Origin: an uncultured bacterium | Lineage (GTDB): Bacteria; Abyssobacteria; SURF-5 | NCBI GenBank assembly: GCA_964607485.1 | Contig: CAZSKP010000003.1 | Location: 32,001 to 96,000, forward strand | DNA length: 64,000 nt | Direction of reading: 5' to 3' | Part shown: positions 37,446-45,693 of the stretch, one piece after another | How positions within the stretch are numbered: position 1 is the stretch's first letter | Layout of the letters: every line of letters starts with the position of its first letter | Program-made: the position numbers and the translations under genes | Notes under the pieces: model-generated | Told to the model about the DNA's origin: nothing | The model's database searches: none | The model's input: the letters and a program-made list of their open reading frames with translations, nothing else

Positions 37446-38378
37446 TTGGCAAGAGTCCTGATAACGGGCGGCGCCGGATTTCTCGGATCGCATCTGTGCG
37501 ACCGATTCATAGGCGAGGGCCACGAGGTGATATGCGTCGACAACCTTATCACCGGCAGTTGCGATAACGTCGCGCATCTTTTCGGCAACCAAAGCTTCAA
37601 GTTCATGCACCACGATGTGACGGAATATCTGTACGTGGCCGGGCCGCTGGACTATATTCTCCATTTCGCTTCGCCCGCCAGCCCGATCGACTACCTCGAG
37701 CTGCCCATCCAGACGTTGAAAGTGGGGGCGCTGGGAACTCACAAGGTGCTGGGCCTGACAAAGGACAAGGGGGCGTGCCTGCTGCTCGCCTCGACGTCGG
37801 AGGTGTACGGCGACCCGCTGATACATCCGCAGCCCGAATCGTACTGGGGCAACGTGAACCCGATAGGCCCGCGGGGCGTCTATGACGAGGCGAAGCGGTT
37901 TGCCGAGGCGCTCGTGATGGCCTACCATCGCGTGCACGGGCTGGAGACGCGCATAGCCCGCATATTCAACACGTATGGCCCGCGCATGCGGCCCAACGAC
38001 GGGCGCGTGGTTTCGAACTTCGTCACGCAGGCTCTCAAGGGCGAGCCGCTCACCGTGTACGGAGACGGAACTCAGACGCGCAGCTTCTGCTTTGTCGACG
38101 ACATGGTGGAGGCGATTGCGAGCCTACTCTTTTCCAACGAGACGGAGCCGGTAAACCTGGGCAACCCCAATGAAATGTCCGTGCTGGAGTTGGCGAGGCT
38201 CGTGCAGGAACTCGTGGGAAGCAAGAGCGAGATAGTCATGCAGCCGCTCCCCGTTGACGACCCGAAGGTCAGACAGCCCGACACTTCACGCGCGCGTGAA
38301 ACGCTCGGCTGGAAGCCGAAGGTGTCTCTGCGGGAGGGGCTCGCGCAAACGATAGACTTCTTCAGGGGCAGGATCTAG
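37446..38378 (+). CDS. UDP-glucuronate decarboxylase (UDP-xylose synthase)
   Basis: [58 protein letters not shown]. Confidence 0.92.
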   Translation: MARVLITGGAGFLGSHLCDRFIGEGHEVICVDNLITGSCDNVAHLFGNQSFKFMHHDVTEYLYVAGPLDYILHFASPASPIDYLELPIQTLKVGALGTHKVLGLTKDKGACLLLASTSEVYGDPLIHPQPESYWGNVNPIGPRGVYDEAKRFAEALVMAYHRVHGLETRIARIFNTYGPRMRPNDGRVVSNFVTQALKGEPLTVYGDGTQTRSFCFVDDMVEAIASLLFSNETEPVNLGNPNEMSVLELARLVQELVGSKSEIVMQPLPVDDPKVRQPDTSRARETLGWKPKVSLREGLAQTIDFFRGRI

Positions 38379-38400
38379 TGACGCACGGGGAGAGGGTGCG

Positions 38401-38814
38401 ATGGCACAGGAGAAAAGGCCGGCCACGGGAGAACGGCGTAAGTTTATCAGGTACGCCTGCAGGACGGAACTGAAGGCCATAATCGATTTCAATCCCGACG
38501 TCGCTCGCAGAGCTTTGGGGAAACTGCCGCCCATAGTCTTCCGCCGGGGCGAGGCGGGCACAATCAGGGACATCAGCGAGAAGGGTATCGCAATAGAGCT
38601 GGAACACTTTCTCCCGGAAGGAATGTTGGTGAAGATGGCCATCGACAATCCTGCCACGCCCTCCATCGAGACGGATGCCCGAGTGGTGTGGTCGAAAAAG
38701 CTTCCGGGAGAAAAACGGGGATACGTGATGGGAATGACGTTCCGGCATATGAAGAACAAGCATCAACGCAATCTGGAAAAGCTCATCGATTTCCTGCGGA
38801 GTATTCCCGAATAG
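38401..38814 (+). CDS. PilZ domain protein
   Basis: ERRKFIR (RxxxR), DISEKG (DxSxxG), ARVVW, GMTF. Confidence 0.88.
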   Translation: MAQEKRPATGERRKFIRYACRTELKAIIDFNPDVARRALGKLPPIVFRRGEAGTIRDISEKGIAIELEHFLPEGMLVKMAIDNPATPSIETDARVVWSKKLPGEKRGYVMGMTFRHMKNKHQRNLEKLIDFLRSIPE

Positions 38815-38859
38815 CTTTTTGAATAAGAACACAATGCACCCCTGCGGGGGACCTGCCCT

Positions 38860-40449
38860 TTGTCGGACCAACCGTCAAATAGTTCAAGCGACCGAGAACG
38901 AACGATTCTCTACGTCGGCCTGGCCGTCGGATTCGTGCTCTGCATGATCCTGGCATGGCTGCCCCTGAGCGTGTCGCTTTCGCGGTTCGTGTTCGAGGAC
39001 TCGTTCTACTACCTGTCCGTCGCCCGCAACCTCGTCGCGGGCAAGGGGTCGAGCTTCGACGGCATCCATGCCACCAACGGCTACCATCCGCTCTGGATGC
39101 TCGTCTCCATGCTGCTGGTATGGCCGTTTGAGGCCGGCTCGGCGACGCCCGTCCATCTCCTGCTCTCTCTGTGCGCTATCTTCCACGTCTTGACGGCATT
39201 CATGATTTATAAGACGGTCCTGCTGGGGGGACACCGCATGGTGGCCGTGATCGCCGCGCTGGCATGGCTTTTCAACTACAACGTGGCGGGAATAGCGATG
39301 TGCGGGCTGGAGACGTCGCTGTTCGCGTTTCTTGTGATAACCACGGTGTACTATTACCTGCTGCGACGCCACGAGATGTCTGCCGGGCAGAGCGTGAGAG
39401 TAGGGCTGCTGCTGGGCCTGACCGCGCTGGCGAGGTTCGACGGCGCTTTGCTCGGGTTTGCCGTGGCGGCCGACCAGCTCTGGCAGGGGTTGCGCAAGAG
39501 GGAGTCGTTCGGCCGAATCGTGGCGCGGGTCGTCCCGATGTCGCTCGTGGGTTCGGCGATGATGGTGCCGTGGATGGTGTGGAGTTGGAGCGTGTCGGGG
39601 ACGATAATTCCTCACAGCCACCGGGCGGTGAACCTGTGGTACAGTCCGATCGATCACTTCAGGCAGGGCGTTCTTCCGGGGCTCGCGAAGATGGTCGCGG
39701 GCCACGCGCCGCTGATGGCCAGAATGTACGGCCTCGTGCCGCTGTCCGCGCTGGCGCTCATTCTTCTTGCGGCCTTCCTCGTGGTCCTTTTTGGGGGACG
39801 CGAGAAGAGGGCGGTCGGGCTTCCCGTCATTATATTCGTGGTGTACCCTCTGGCGCACGCGTTATACTACGGCCTTTTTTTCAGGCTGTACAATCGTTAC
39901 CTCTACCCCGCTCACCTGCTGGTTTTCACGGGGATGATGACGGTCATCGGGTGCTGGCTGCTCGCGAACCGCAGGCGGCGGCTTGCGCGGCTTCTGGGCA
40001 CGGCTCTCGGAGTTGTTGTGGCGGTGAATTTCGCGCTGGAGGGCGTAAAGACGTGGAGGCAGGGGACGACTTCGACGAGGACGCACAGCATTCACTGGAC
40101 CATGTACAACGAGGTCCTGCCATGGATAAAGGCGAACGTGCAGCCTCACGAACGTGTGGGCGCATTCAATAGCGGAATATACGGCTACTTCTCCGGGCGC
40201 ACCATCGTGAACCTCGACGGCGTGATGAACGACAGCGTGCTGCCCGCACTTGAGAAGAGGCAGTTGATTCGCTACCTCTACGATGAGCGGATCACGTACG
40301 TCATAGACATGGAGAAGACGCTTGACACCTCGTTCGAGGTGCTCGGCGGAGTTCCCGACTATCGGAGGAAATTCGCGGTCGTGAAGGTGTTCGAGCAGCC
40401 CTGGGGCCCTCTGACGGGCCTTCGCATTGTTGTCCTGCGGCTGATGTAG
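38860..40449 (+). CDS. Polytopic GT-C-type glycosyltransferase-like membrane protein
   Basis: EDSFYYL..ARN...G..SFDG...TNGYHPLW, GLET, ARFD, RY, NSGIYGYF..NLDG. Confidence 0.72.
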   Translation: MSDQPSNSSSDRERTILYVGLAVGFVLCMILAWLPLSVSLSRFVFEDSFYYLSVARNLVAGKGSSFDGIHATNGYHPLWMLVSMLLVWPFEAGSATPVHLLLSLCAIFHVLTAFMIYKTVLLGGHRMVAVIAALAWLFNYNVAGIAMCGLETSLFAFLVITTVYYYLLRRHEMSAGQSVRVGLLLGLTALARFDGALLGFAVAADQLWQGLRKRESFGRIVARVVPMSLVGSAMMVPWMVWSWSVSGTIIPHSHRAVNLWYSPIDHFRQGVLPGLAKMVAGHAPLMARMYGLVPLSALALILLAAFLVVLFGGREKRAVGLPVIIFVVYPLAHALYYGLFFRLYNRYLYPAHLLVFTGMMTVIGCWLLANRRRRLARLLGTALGVVVAVNFALEGVKTWRQGTTSTRTHSIHWTMYNEVLPWIKANVQPHERVGAFNSGIYGYFSGRTIVNLDGVMNDSVLPALEKRQLIRYLYDERITYVIDMEKTLDTSFEVLGGVPDYRRKFAVVKVFEQPWGPLTGLRIVVLRLM

Positions 40450-40496
40450 CGGCGGAATTTGGCCGGAAAAGGCTCACCGGCTGTGGCGGGCGCGCA

Positions 40497-40802
40497 TTAT
40501 TGTTCGGGCTGCGGGGCGGGTTCCGGCGGAGGACTCAGCCTTCTTACGCTCGTGATACGGCGGGGCGTCGGAGGCTTGAGAACCCAAAAATATGCTCGGC
40601 TGAGTCCGACGTGGACGGGTTCGAGGACGAACTGAATACCTGCAGCAACGGTGTCGCCGACGGGGTGGCCGGTGCGCGTCGTCATTTCCTCGGGAGCAGG
40701 CTGGGAAGAATCCGCGAGGCACAATTGAGCGGTCGTCGTGGCAACCGCCGCGACCAACGCGACCGCCAACAACCGTCGCAAGACTTTGCCCGACGCTATC
40801 AT
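40497..40802 (-). CDS. Hypothetical exported protein
   Basis: Signal-peptide-like RRLLAVALVAAVATTTAQLCLA; Pro-rich tail; starts 2 nt after the upstream stop. Confidence 0.6.
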   Translation of the reverse strand: MIASGKVLRRLLAVALVAAVATTTAQLCLADSSQPAPEEMTTRTGHPVGDTVAAGIQFVLEPVHVGLSRAYFWVLKPPTPRRITSVRRLSPPPEPAPQPEQ

Positions 40803-40804
40803 GC

Positions 40805-41461
40805 TTACACTCCTTTCCCTTCGCCTTCCCTGGGACCGCCTCCGCTGGCGGTGAATGCGCCGTACCACTGAAGCAGTTCGTCGATTTCGAATCGGATCGC
40901 TTTCTTCTTGCCTTCGGTCACCTGGTAAAAGGGGATGTCGCTTTCATCCAGCCATTTGTAAATCTGCTCGACGGGCACGCCGATGGTGTCGGCGGCATCG
41001 GCCACGGTGAGCAACATTTTACCCCGCTGGTCCTCCCGACGGCGCAGCCACACACGCCTTTGCACGATTCTTCTTTCTTCATCCGTGGGAATGTCCGATG
41101 TGCGCCTTTCCCTCAAGCGGCGATTGTATTTTCTCCTTTCGCCCGGGTCTTCATTTACCTTCAGCACGATTGTGCCTATCGCCTTGGAACAGGCCTCGTC
41201 GTTCGCGCCGCCGCCGAGAATGGCATCGGGAAGAGAAATGTGAGGGACCTGCACGGGAGGCGCCGGTGCGAACAGGTCTGTGTCCCCTTCAATCATCTGT
41301 GCCAGTTCTCCGAGCGCTTCGAATTCCGGGTGCTGCTCAGGCTCAACCGGGGTGTATGCCTCGGTCTGCAACCCGGACGAGGGCGCTCTGACGGCAAGCA
41401 TGATCACAAGAGCGCTCAGGATGAATACGAGGATTACCATCGCCAGGAAATCGAGCAGCAT
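40805..41461 (-). CDS. Membrane-anchored protein with Arg-pair repeats and a C-terminal excisionase/BldC-like (HTH_17) DNA-binding domain
   Basis: N-terminal TM; ERRKYNRR..ERR....EERR..QRR; LLTVADAADTIGVPVEQIYKW....IPFYQV......IRFEIDELLQW. Confidence 0.75.
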   Translation of the reverse strand: MLLDFLAMVILVFILSALVIMLAVRAPSSGLQTEAYTPVEPEQHPEFEALGELAQMIEGDTDLFAPAPPVQVPHISLPDAILGGGANDEACSKAIGTIVLKVNEDPGERRKYNRRLRERRTSDIPTDEERRIVQRRVWLRRREDQRGKMLLTVADAADTIGVPVEQIYKWLDESDIPFYQVTEGKKKAIRFEIDELLQWYGAFTASGGGPREGEGKGV

Positions 41462-41481
41462 CCGCCTTCCCCTGTTTTGAG

Positions 41482-41646
41482 TTAATTCCCTGCGAGCGAA
41501 TCGAACGTTTCGGCCAGAAAATTAAACAGCTTTATGGCGCCGACCCAGATGGTGACTCTGTGTATCCATAGCAGCGCCAACAGAATCAGGATGCAGATAT
41601 AGAAGACCAGTGTCCTGAATCTTCTCTTTGTCGTTATTTTTCCCAC
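41482..41646 (-). CDS. Small membrane protein (54 aa, below the ORF-track cutoff)
   Basis: Hand translation MGKITTKRRFRTLVFYICILILLALLWIHRVTIWVGAIKLFNFLAETFDSLAGN; fills the gap in a co-oriented gene string. Confidence 0.55.
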   Translation of the reverse strand: MGKITTKRRFRTLVFYICILILLALLWIHRVTIWVGAIKLFNFLAETFDSLAGN

Positions 41647-41726
41647 TCGAACCCAGCTCGATGCTGTAGCCGACGATTCATTTTACAATTTCCCGGCGCA
41701 TAAATCAATGGCGCGCCTTTTGGCGC

Positions 41727-42002
41727 TCATTGGCCCTTGCCCTCGGTGTGTTCACGCTCCCGGCGTTCGGACTCAAACCTCTCTCTCAGAATTCTCTCGA
41801 AACGTCTTCCGTAGATAATGTTGTACGTGTGCTCTTTTCCCGGAAAAAGGCGCAGCACGGTTCGCTTGGTGGCGTTAATCAAGTCCAGCGCCTCGTCTAT
41901 GGTCATTTTTTCTTGTGCGAGGACTGCGGCGGTGAGATCCACGATAGTTCTCAGGCGCCGCATCTTCTTCTCTTCATCTCTGATAGAGTCGTTTGCTTCC
42001 AT
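41727..42002 (-). CDS. Small hypothetical protein
   Basis: 91 aa, RBS AAGGGG; helical RRLR.IVD...L.LFPGK...Y..IY..RF.RI pattern. Confidence 0.75.
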   Translation of the reverse strand: MEANDSIRDEEKKMRRLRTIVDLTAAVLAQEKMTIDEALDLINATKRTVLRLFPGKEHTYNIIYGRRFERILRERFESERREREHTEGKGQ

Positions 42003-42044
42003 CTGCTGTTCCCCTTCTTTATCTTTAGGGCATCGAACGGCGCC

Positions 42045-44468
42045 TCACATTGTACTCAGAATGATTGCTCTGCAGCGGAGCACAAAGAGCCCTGCCGTCT
42101 GTCCCATTTGACTTTGCACCAGCGATATAGTTTCAAGCGTGTGCTCTCCTTCGAGTTTGGCGGCGTCCTCGGCTATGGGCAACACGAGCGTATGCCAACC
42201 CTTGTTGAGAAGGACGAACAGTTGGGGTCGGCTTATGCGGAGCGTGTTCGGGGCTTCTTGAACTCCGGTGGCCAGGTCGGATTGCGAATCGAAGATGGGG
42301 TATTCAAGCCGCTTTCCGTCGGAGAAGGTCAGCACAAACGAGGAGACGACCCGACCGTCTTGTGGCAGTATCAGCCGCTTGACTTCCACGAGAAGTTCGA
42401 TTGAAGCGGGCGCTCGCTCGATGGGGCTCTTTGTCCACGCCGTTATGGAGCAGAGGGGCTCTTGGATCGGATGGCCGACAAACATGGAGATGGTGTCATC
42501 CTCAAAAGTGACTTTTGACTCCTCGCTGCAGTTGGACAGGATATGCCAGGTTTCCTCCAGCATGGGAACTTGTATCGACTTCTTTTCCGAACTGCCGCGC
42601 TCCTCCGGAGGCTTTTCCTCGCCGATGCTCTGCCCCGTTTCACCCTCAACGGAGAGGGCGACCTTCTCGGGAACGGGCTCCGGCTCGGGTCCTATATCAT
42701 ATTCGGCCAACTCGCCTCTGAACTCCCTGATTCCCTGCTCGATCTTCTGCATCTCGCTCCGGAGCGTCTTGGCGATTTGTTTCTGAACGTCGGTCGCGTA
42801 AACGGTGAGTTTGATTTCGCTCCGGGAAATGTCCGCCTGGGTTTCCGATTGCGCCCGCGCCTTGCGGATGCGGACTTTCTCCAGCCATTCCCCCACTATT
42901 TCACACCATATCGTGTTTCCGTTGTTGAGCACCAGACGGTCAGGCCACATGTACTCCTGGAGCCCCTTCACATAGTCGTCGGGCAAAGCGGCCCTGCGTT
43001 TCAACTGGTCGAGCGCGTCTTTCAACGCCGGCATGTCCTCCCCTTCCAGCGGCGTCCCGATGTTTTTCAGACGTTCACGAAGCGCGGCGACTTTCGCCTC
43101 CGCCTCGGCGAGCCCTCCCTCCAACGCCGCCACGTCTTCCTGTTCGCACTGGTGCCGGATGCGGGAGAACAGCTCCCCGAGCGTGCCGAGCTCAACATTC
43201 ATCTCGCCGAACAGGTCCTTAATCGGCGGGGGCTCTTCGGCGGGCGTGCATTCCTGCCGGACGCGTGTGAGTTGTTCTCCGAGCAGTTCGAGCTGAGCGT
43301 CGGTCTTGTCGATCGAAGCCTTGGCAAGCGCCGGCCCGGCGGCCTGGCGGATACCCTCCAGCCTGCCGTCGAGCGAGGCGAGCAGTTGCTCTGTCCGGTC
43401 GAGTTCATCGTTCGCCGCGGCCGCGTCGCCTCCCTCGCATCGTTGCCCGAGCTCCTTCAGCCTACCGTCGAGCGCGGCGACATCTTGGTCCACCTGAGCG
43501 AGCGCTTCTTCCCACTCGTTCGGAGGCGGCGGAGGCGACGGCCCGTTGCCGTTGGTCATTTTAAGGGCGATGACAATCCCCACAATGAGAAGGCCCGCAC
43601 CGGCCGCAAGCAGCCGAAGGCCTTTTTTGCGTCGGGCCTGTGTCGAAATCGGCTGGCCGGTCTTGAGCCGCCGGAGGTCTTGAATGAGCTCCTGGCAGCT
43701 CGCGTAACGATTTCGGGGTTTCTTGGCCATCATGTTCTGGATGGCTTTTTCGGCCTCGACCGGAATGTCGGGATTGATGGAGCGCGGCCACTCGGGCTCG
43801 GATGTCTGTATCCTGTTCAGCACCATCAGAGGCGATTCGGCCTCAAAGGGGACCTTGCCGGTAAGAAGCTCGTAGAAGACGACGCCGAGCGAGTAGATGT
43901 CGCTCCGGGCGGTAGCCACCTGTCCCGCGGCCTGTTCGGGCGACATGTATTCGGGCGTGCCCACGATGCTCCCCTCCACCGTGAGCCTCGTGGTGCGCTC
44001 CTGTAGCGCCAACCCGAAGTCGGTCACCTTCACCCGGCCCGACTTGTCTATCATGATGTTGCTCGGTTTTATGTCGCGGTGTACTATCCCCTGGCTGTGC
44101 GCATACTGGAGCGCCCGTGCGACCTGCAGGACGATGCCCATGGCTCTGTCGAGCTGGAAGAAGCCTTCTTTGTAAAGTATTTCGTCGAGCGCGGGGCCTT
44201 CGATGAATTCCATCGTGTAGTAGTAGATTTCATCCTCGTGGCCGATGTCGTATATCTGGACGATGTTGGGGTGATTGAGCTTGGCGATGGCTCGCGCTTC
44301 GTTCTCGAACCTCTTGATAAAGGAAGGGTCGCTGGTGAGGTGCTGGGGAAGCACCTTCATGGCCACCATCCGGCCGAGGGAGAGCTGGTTGGCCTTGTAG
44401 ACGACGCCCATGCCTCCCTTGCCCAGTTCCTTGAGGATTCTGCAGTTTCCGATCTCTTTGCCGATCAT
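42045..44468 (-). CDS. Transmembrane Hanks-type Ser/Thr protein kinase
   Basis: LGKGGMGVVY, VAMK, HRDIKPSN, DFG, GTPEYMSPEQ, DIYSLG; TM helix followed by a coiled coil and extracytoplasmic beta domains. Confidence 0.95.
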   Translation of the reverse strand: MIGKEIGNCRILKELGKGGMGVVYKANQLSLGRMVAMKVLPQHLTSDPSFIKRFENEARAIAKLNHPNIVQIYDIGHEDEIYYYTMEFIEGPALDEILYKEGFFQLDRAMGIVLQVARALQYAHSQGIVHRDIKPSNIMIDKSGRVKVTDFGLALQERTTRLTVEGSIVGTPEYMSPEQAAGQVATARSDIYSLGVVFYELLTGKVPFEAESPLMVLNRIQTSEPEWPRSINPDIPVEAEKAIQNMMAKKPRNRYASCQELIQDLRRLKTGQPISTQARRKKGLRLLAAGAGLLIVGIVIALKMTNGNGPSPPPPPNEWEEALAQVDQDVAALDGRLKELGQRCEGGDAAAANDELDRTEQLLASLDGRLEGIRQAAGPALAKASIDKTDAQLELLGEQLTRVRQECTPAEEPPPIKDLFGEMNVELGTLGELFSRIRHQCEQEDVAALEGGLAEAEAKVAALRERLKNIGTPLEGEDMPALKDALDQLKRRAALPDDYVKGLQEYMWPDRLVLNNGNTIWCEIVGEWLEKVRIRKARAQSETQADISRSEIKLTVYATDVQKQIAKTLRSEMQKIEQGIREFRGELAEYDIGPEPEPVPEKVALSVEGETGQSIGEEKPPEERGSSEKKSIQVPMLEETWHILSNCSEESKVTFEDDTISMFVGHPIQEPLCSITAWTKSPIERAPASIELLVEVKRLILPQDGRVVSSFVLTFSDGKRLEYPIFDSQSDLATGVQEAPNTLRISRPQLFVLLNKGWHTLVLPIAEDAAKLEGEHTLETISLVQSQMGQTAGLFVLRCRAIILSTM

Positions 44469-44499
44469 GGCTTTCCCAGACGGACGGGGGAATCCGCCC

Positions 44500-45324
44500 T
44501 CACTCGGATTCGGCCTGCGGCCTCAAGGCGCCCCGGAATTCTTCGGGCACTTCGTATCGGACGCTTGTGGCCTCGATTTCGTCCGCCCTCTTAAGGAGCT
44601 TGCCGAGCTTTGCGGTGTTTTCGGAGATCTTCTTGTTAACCTCTTCGATACGTTTGCTGTACTCGTCGGCCTCTTCTACGGAGGTCACTTTGGCCATGGC
44701 AGAGCGGAGCGCGCCGCTCATCCGTCTCTGGGCCGTTATTTCTTCATACAGCCGATAGATTTCCGGCTCCATCTCGTCGAGTTCCTTCGCCTGCTTGGGA
44801 GTAACCCAGATGTACTGAAACTTCACGAGGCCCTTCGCCTTTTGGTCGGCTTCGAACTGCCTGCGATGTTCTCGCGCGCGCCTTCTGGTATCGAGCAGTT
44901 CCTCCTTTTCTTCAGGCGTCATCCAATTGCCCTCGAACTTCACGAGCCCTTTGGCCAGCTGGGCATTCTCGAACCGTTTTTCTGCGGCGTGTCTCGCCTC
45001 CTGGGCTTCCTTGATTTCCAGCTCTTTTTGTCTCCATTTTCTGAGCAGCAACTGGTTCTCTTCCCGCGTGGCCTCCTCCACGAAATCGATTTTGTCGCGT
45101 GCTATGGTAGATATTCCCATCTCCGTCTTGAACGTGATCGAATCTTCGGTTTCGCGTATGACGACCGCGGTGCGCGAGTATCCGGTCTTGAAATATATCT
45201 CGTCGGCGGAAAGGGGAGTGTTCAGGACGGCGGCGAACAGAGCGGCGCAGATGACCGTCGGGAGGAAATGCCGGCGGACACGGCCGAGGGCTCTTCGTTC
45301 AGGCTTACAGATGTGCTTTAACAT
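44500..45324 (-). CDS. Exported protein with a small beta domain and KGLVKF..W.T repeats
   Basis: Signal peptide ending PLSA-DEIYFKTG; two AKGLVKFxxxWxTP repeats; coiled coil; start uncertain. Confidence 0.7.
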   Translation of the reverse strand: MLKHICKPERRALGRVRRHFLPTVICAALFAAVLNTPLSADEIYFKTGYSRTAVVIRETEDSITFKTEMGISTIARDKIDFVEEATREENQLLLRKWRQKELEIKEAQEARHAAEKRFENAQLAKGLVKFEGNWMTPEEKEELLDTRRRAREHRRQFEADQKAKGLVKFQYIWVTPKQAKELDEMEPEIYRLYEEITAQRRMSGALRSAMAKVTSVEEADEYSKRIEEVNKKISENTAKLGKLLKRADEIEATSVRYEVPEEFRGALRPQAESE

Positions 45325-45673
45325 ATTCTTCAACGGCCTTCCTTGCAGTGTCGTCCAGATCCGTAAAGAACACGGCCACCTCGTACTGCTGCGCGTCGCC
45401 GCCATGGACGGGTTCGCACCGCACAACGGCTCCTTCGCACTGAACGCTGGTTGGAGCTTCCGGCCGGCCGGCCGGGTCGGACTGAATGGGGAGCATCAGG
45501 GTCATCATGAGACGGGTCATGAACTCGATGGGCCGGCCTATCCTGAAACTGAGGCCCGAGAGGCTGATGTCTTTGACCTGCAGCCCGGCCGCATGCGGGG
45601 CCGCGCCAAGCCTCAGGCCAGCCGTGCCTCTGGCCCGAGGATGCTTGCGTCGTTCGACCTTCGGTTTCGCCAT
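45305..45673 (-). CDS. PilZ domain protein
   Basis: ERRKHPR, DISLSG, EGAVVR, AVFF. Confidence 0.88.
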   Translation of the reverse strand: MAKPKVERRKHPRARGTAGLRLGAAPHAAGLQVKDISLSGLSFRIGRPIEFMTRLMMTLMLPIQSDPAGRPEAPTSVQCEGAVVRCEPVHGGDAQQYEVAVFFTDLDDTARKAVEEYVKAHL

Positions 45674-45693
45674 GGCTTCATTCTCCAGTCGAC

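Noticed and set aside
40805..41000. Excisionase-like HTH as a sign of a prophage or ICE
   Set aside because: It is fused to a TM segment and there are no integrase, phage or conjugation genes nearby.
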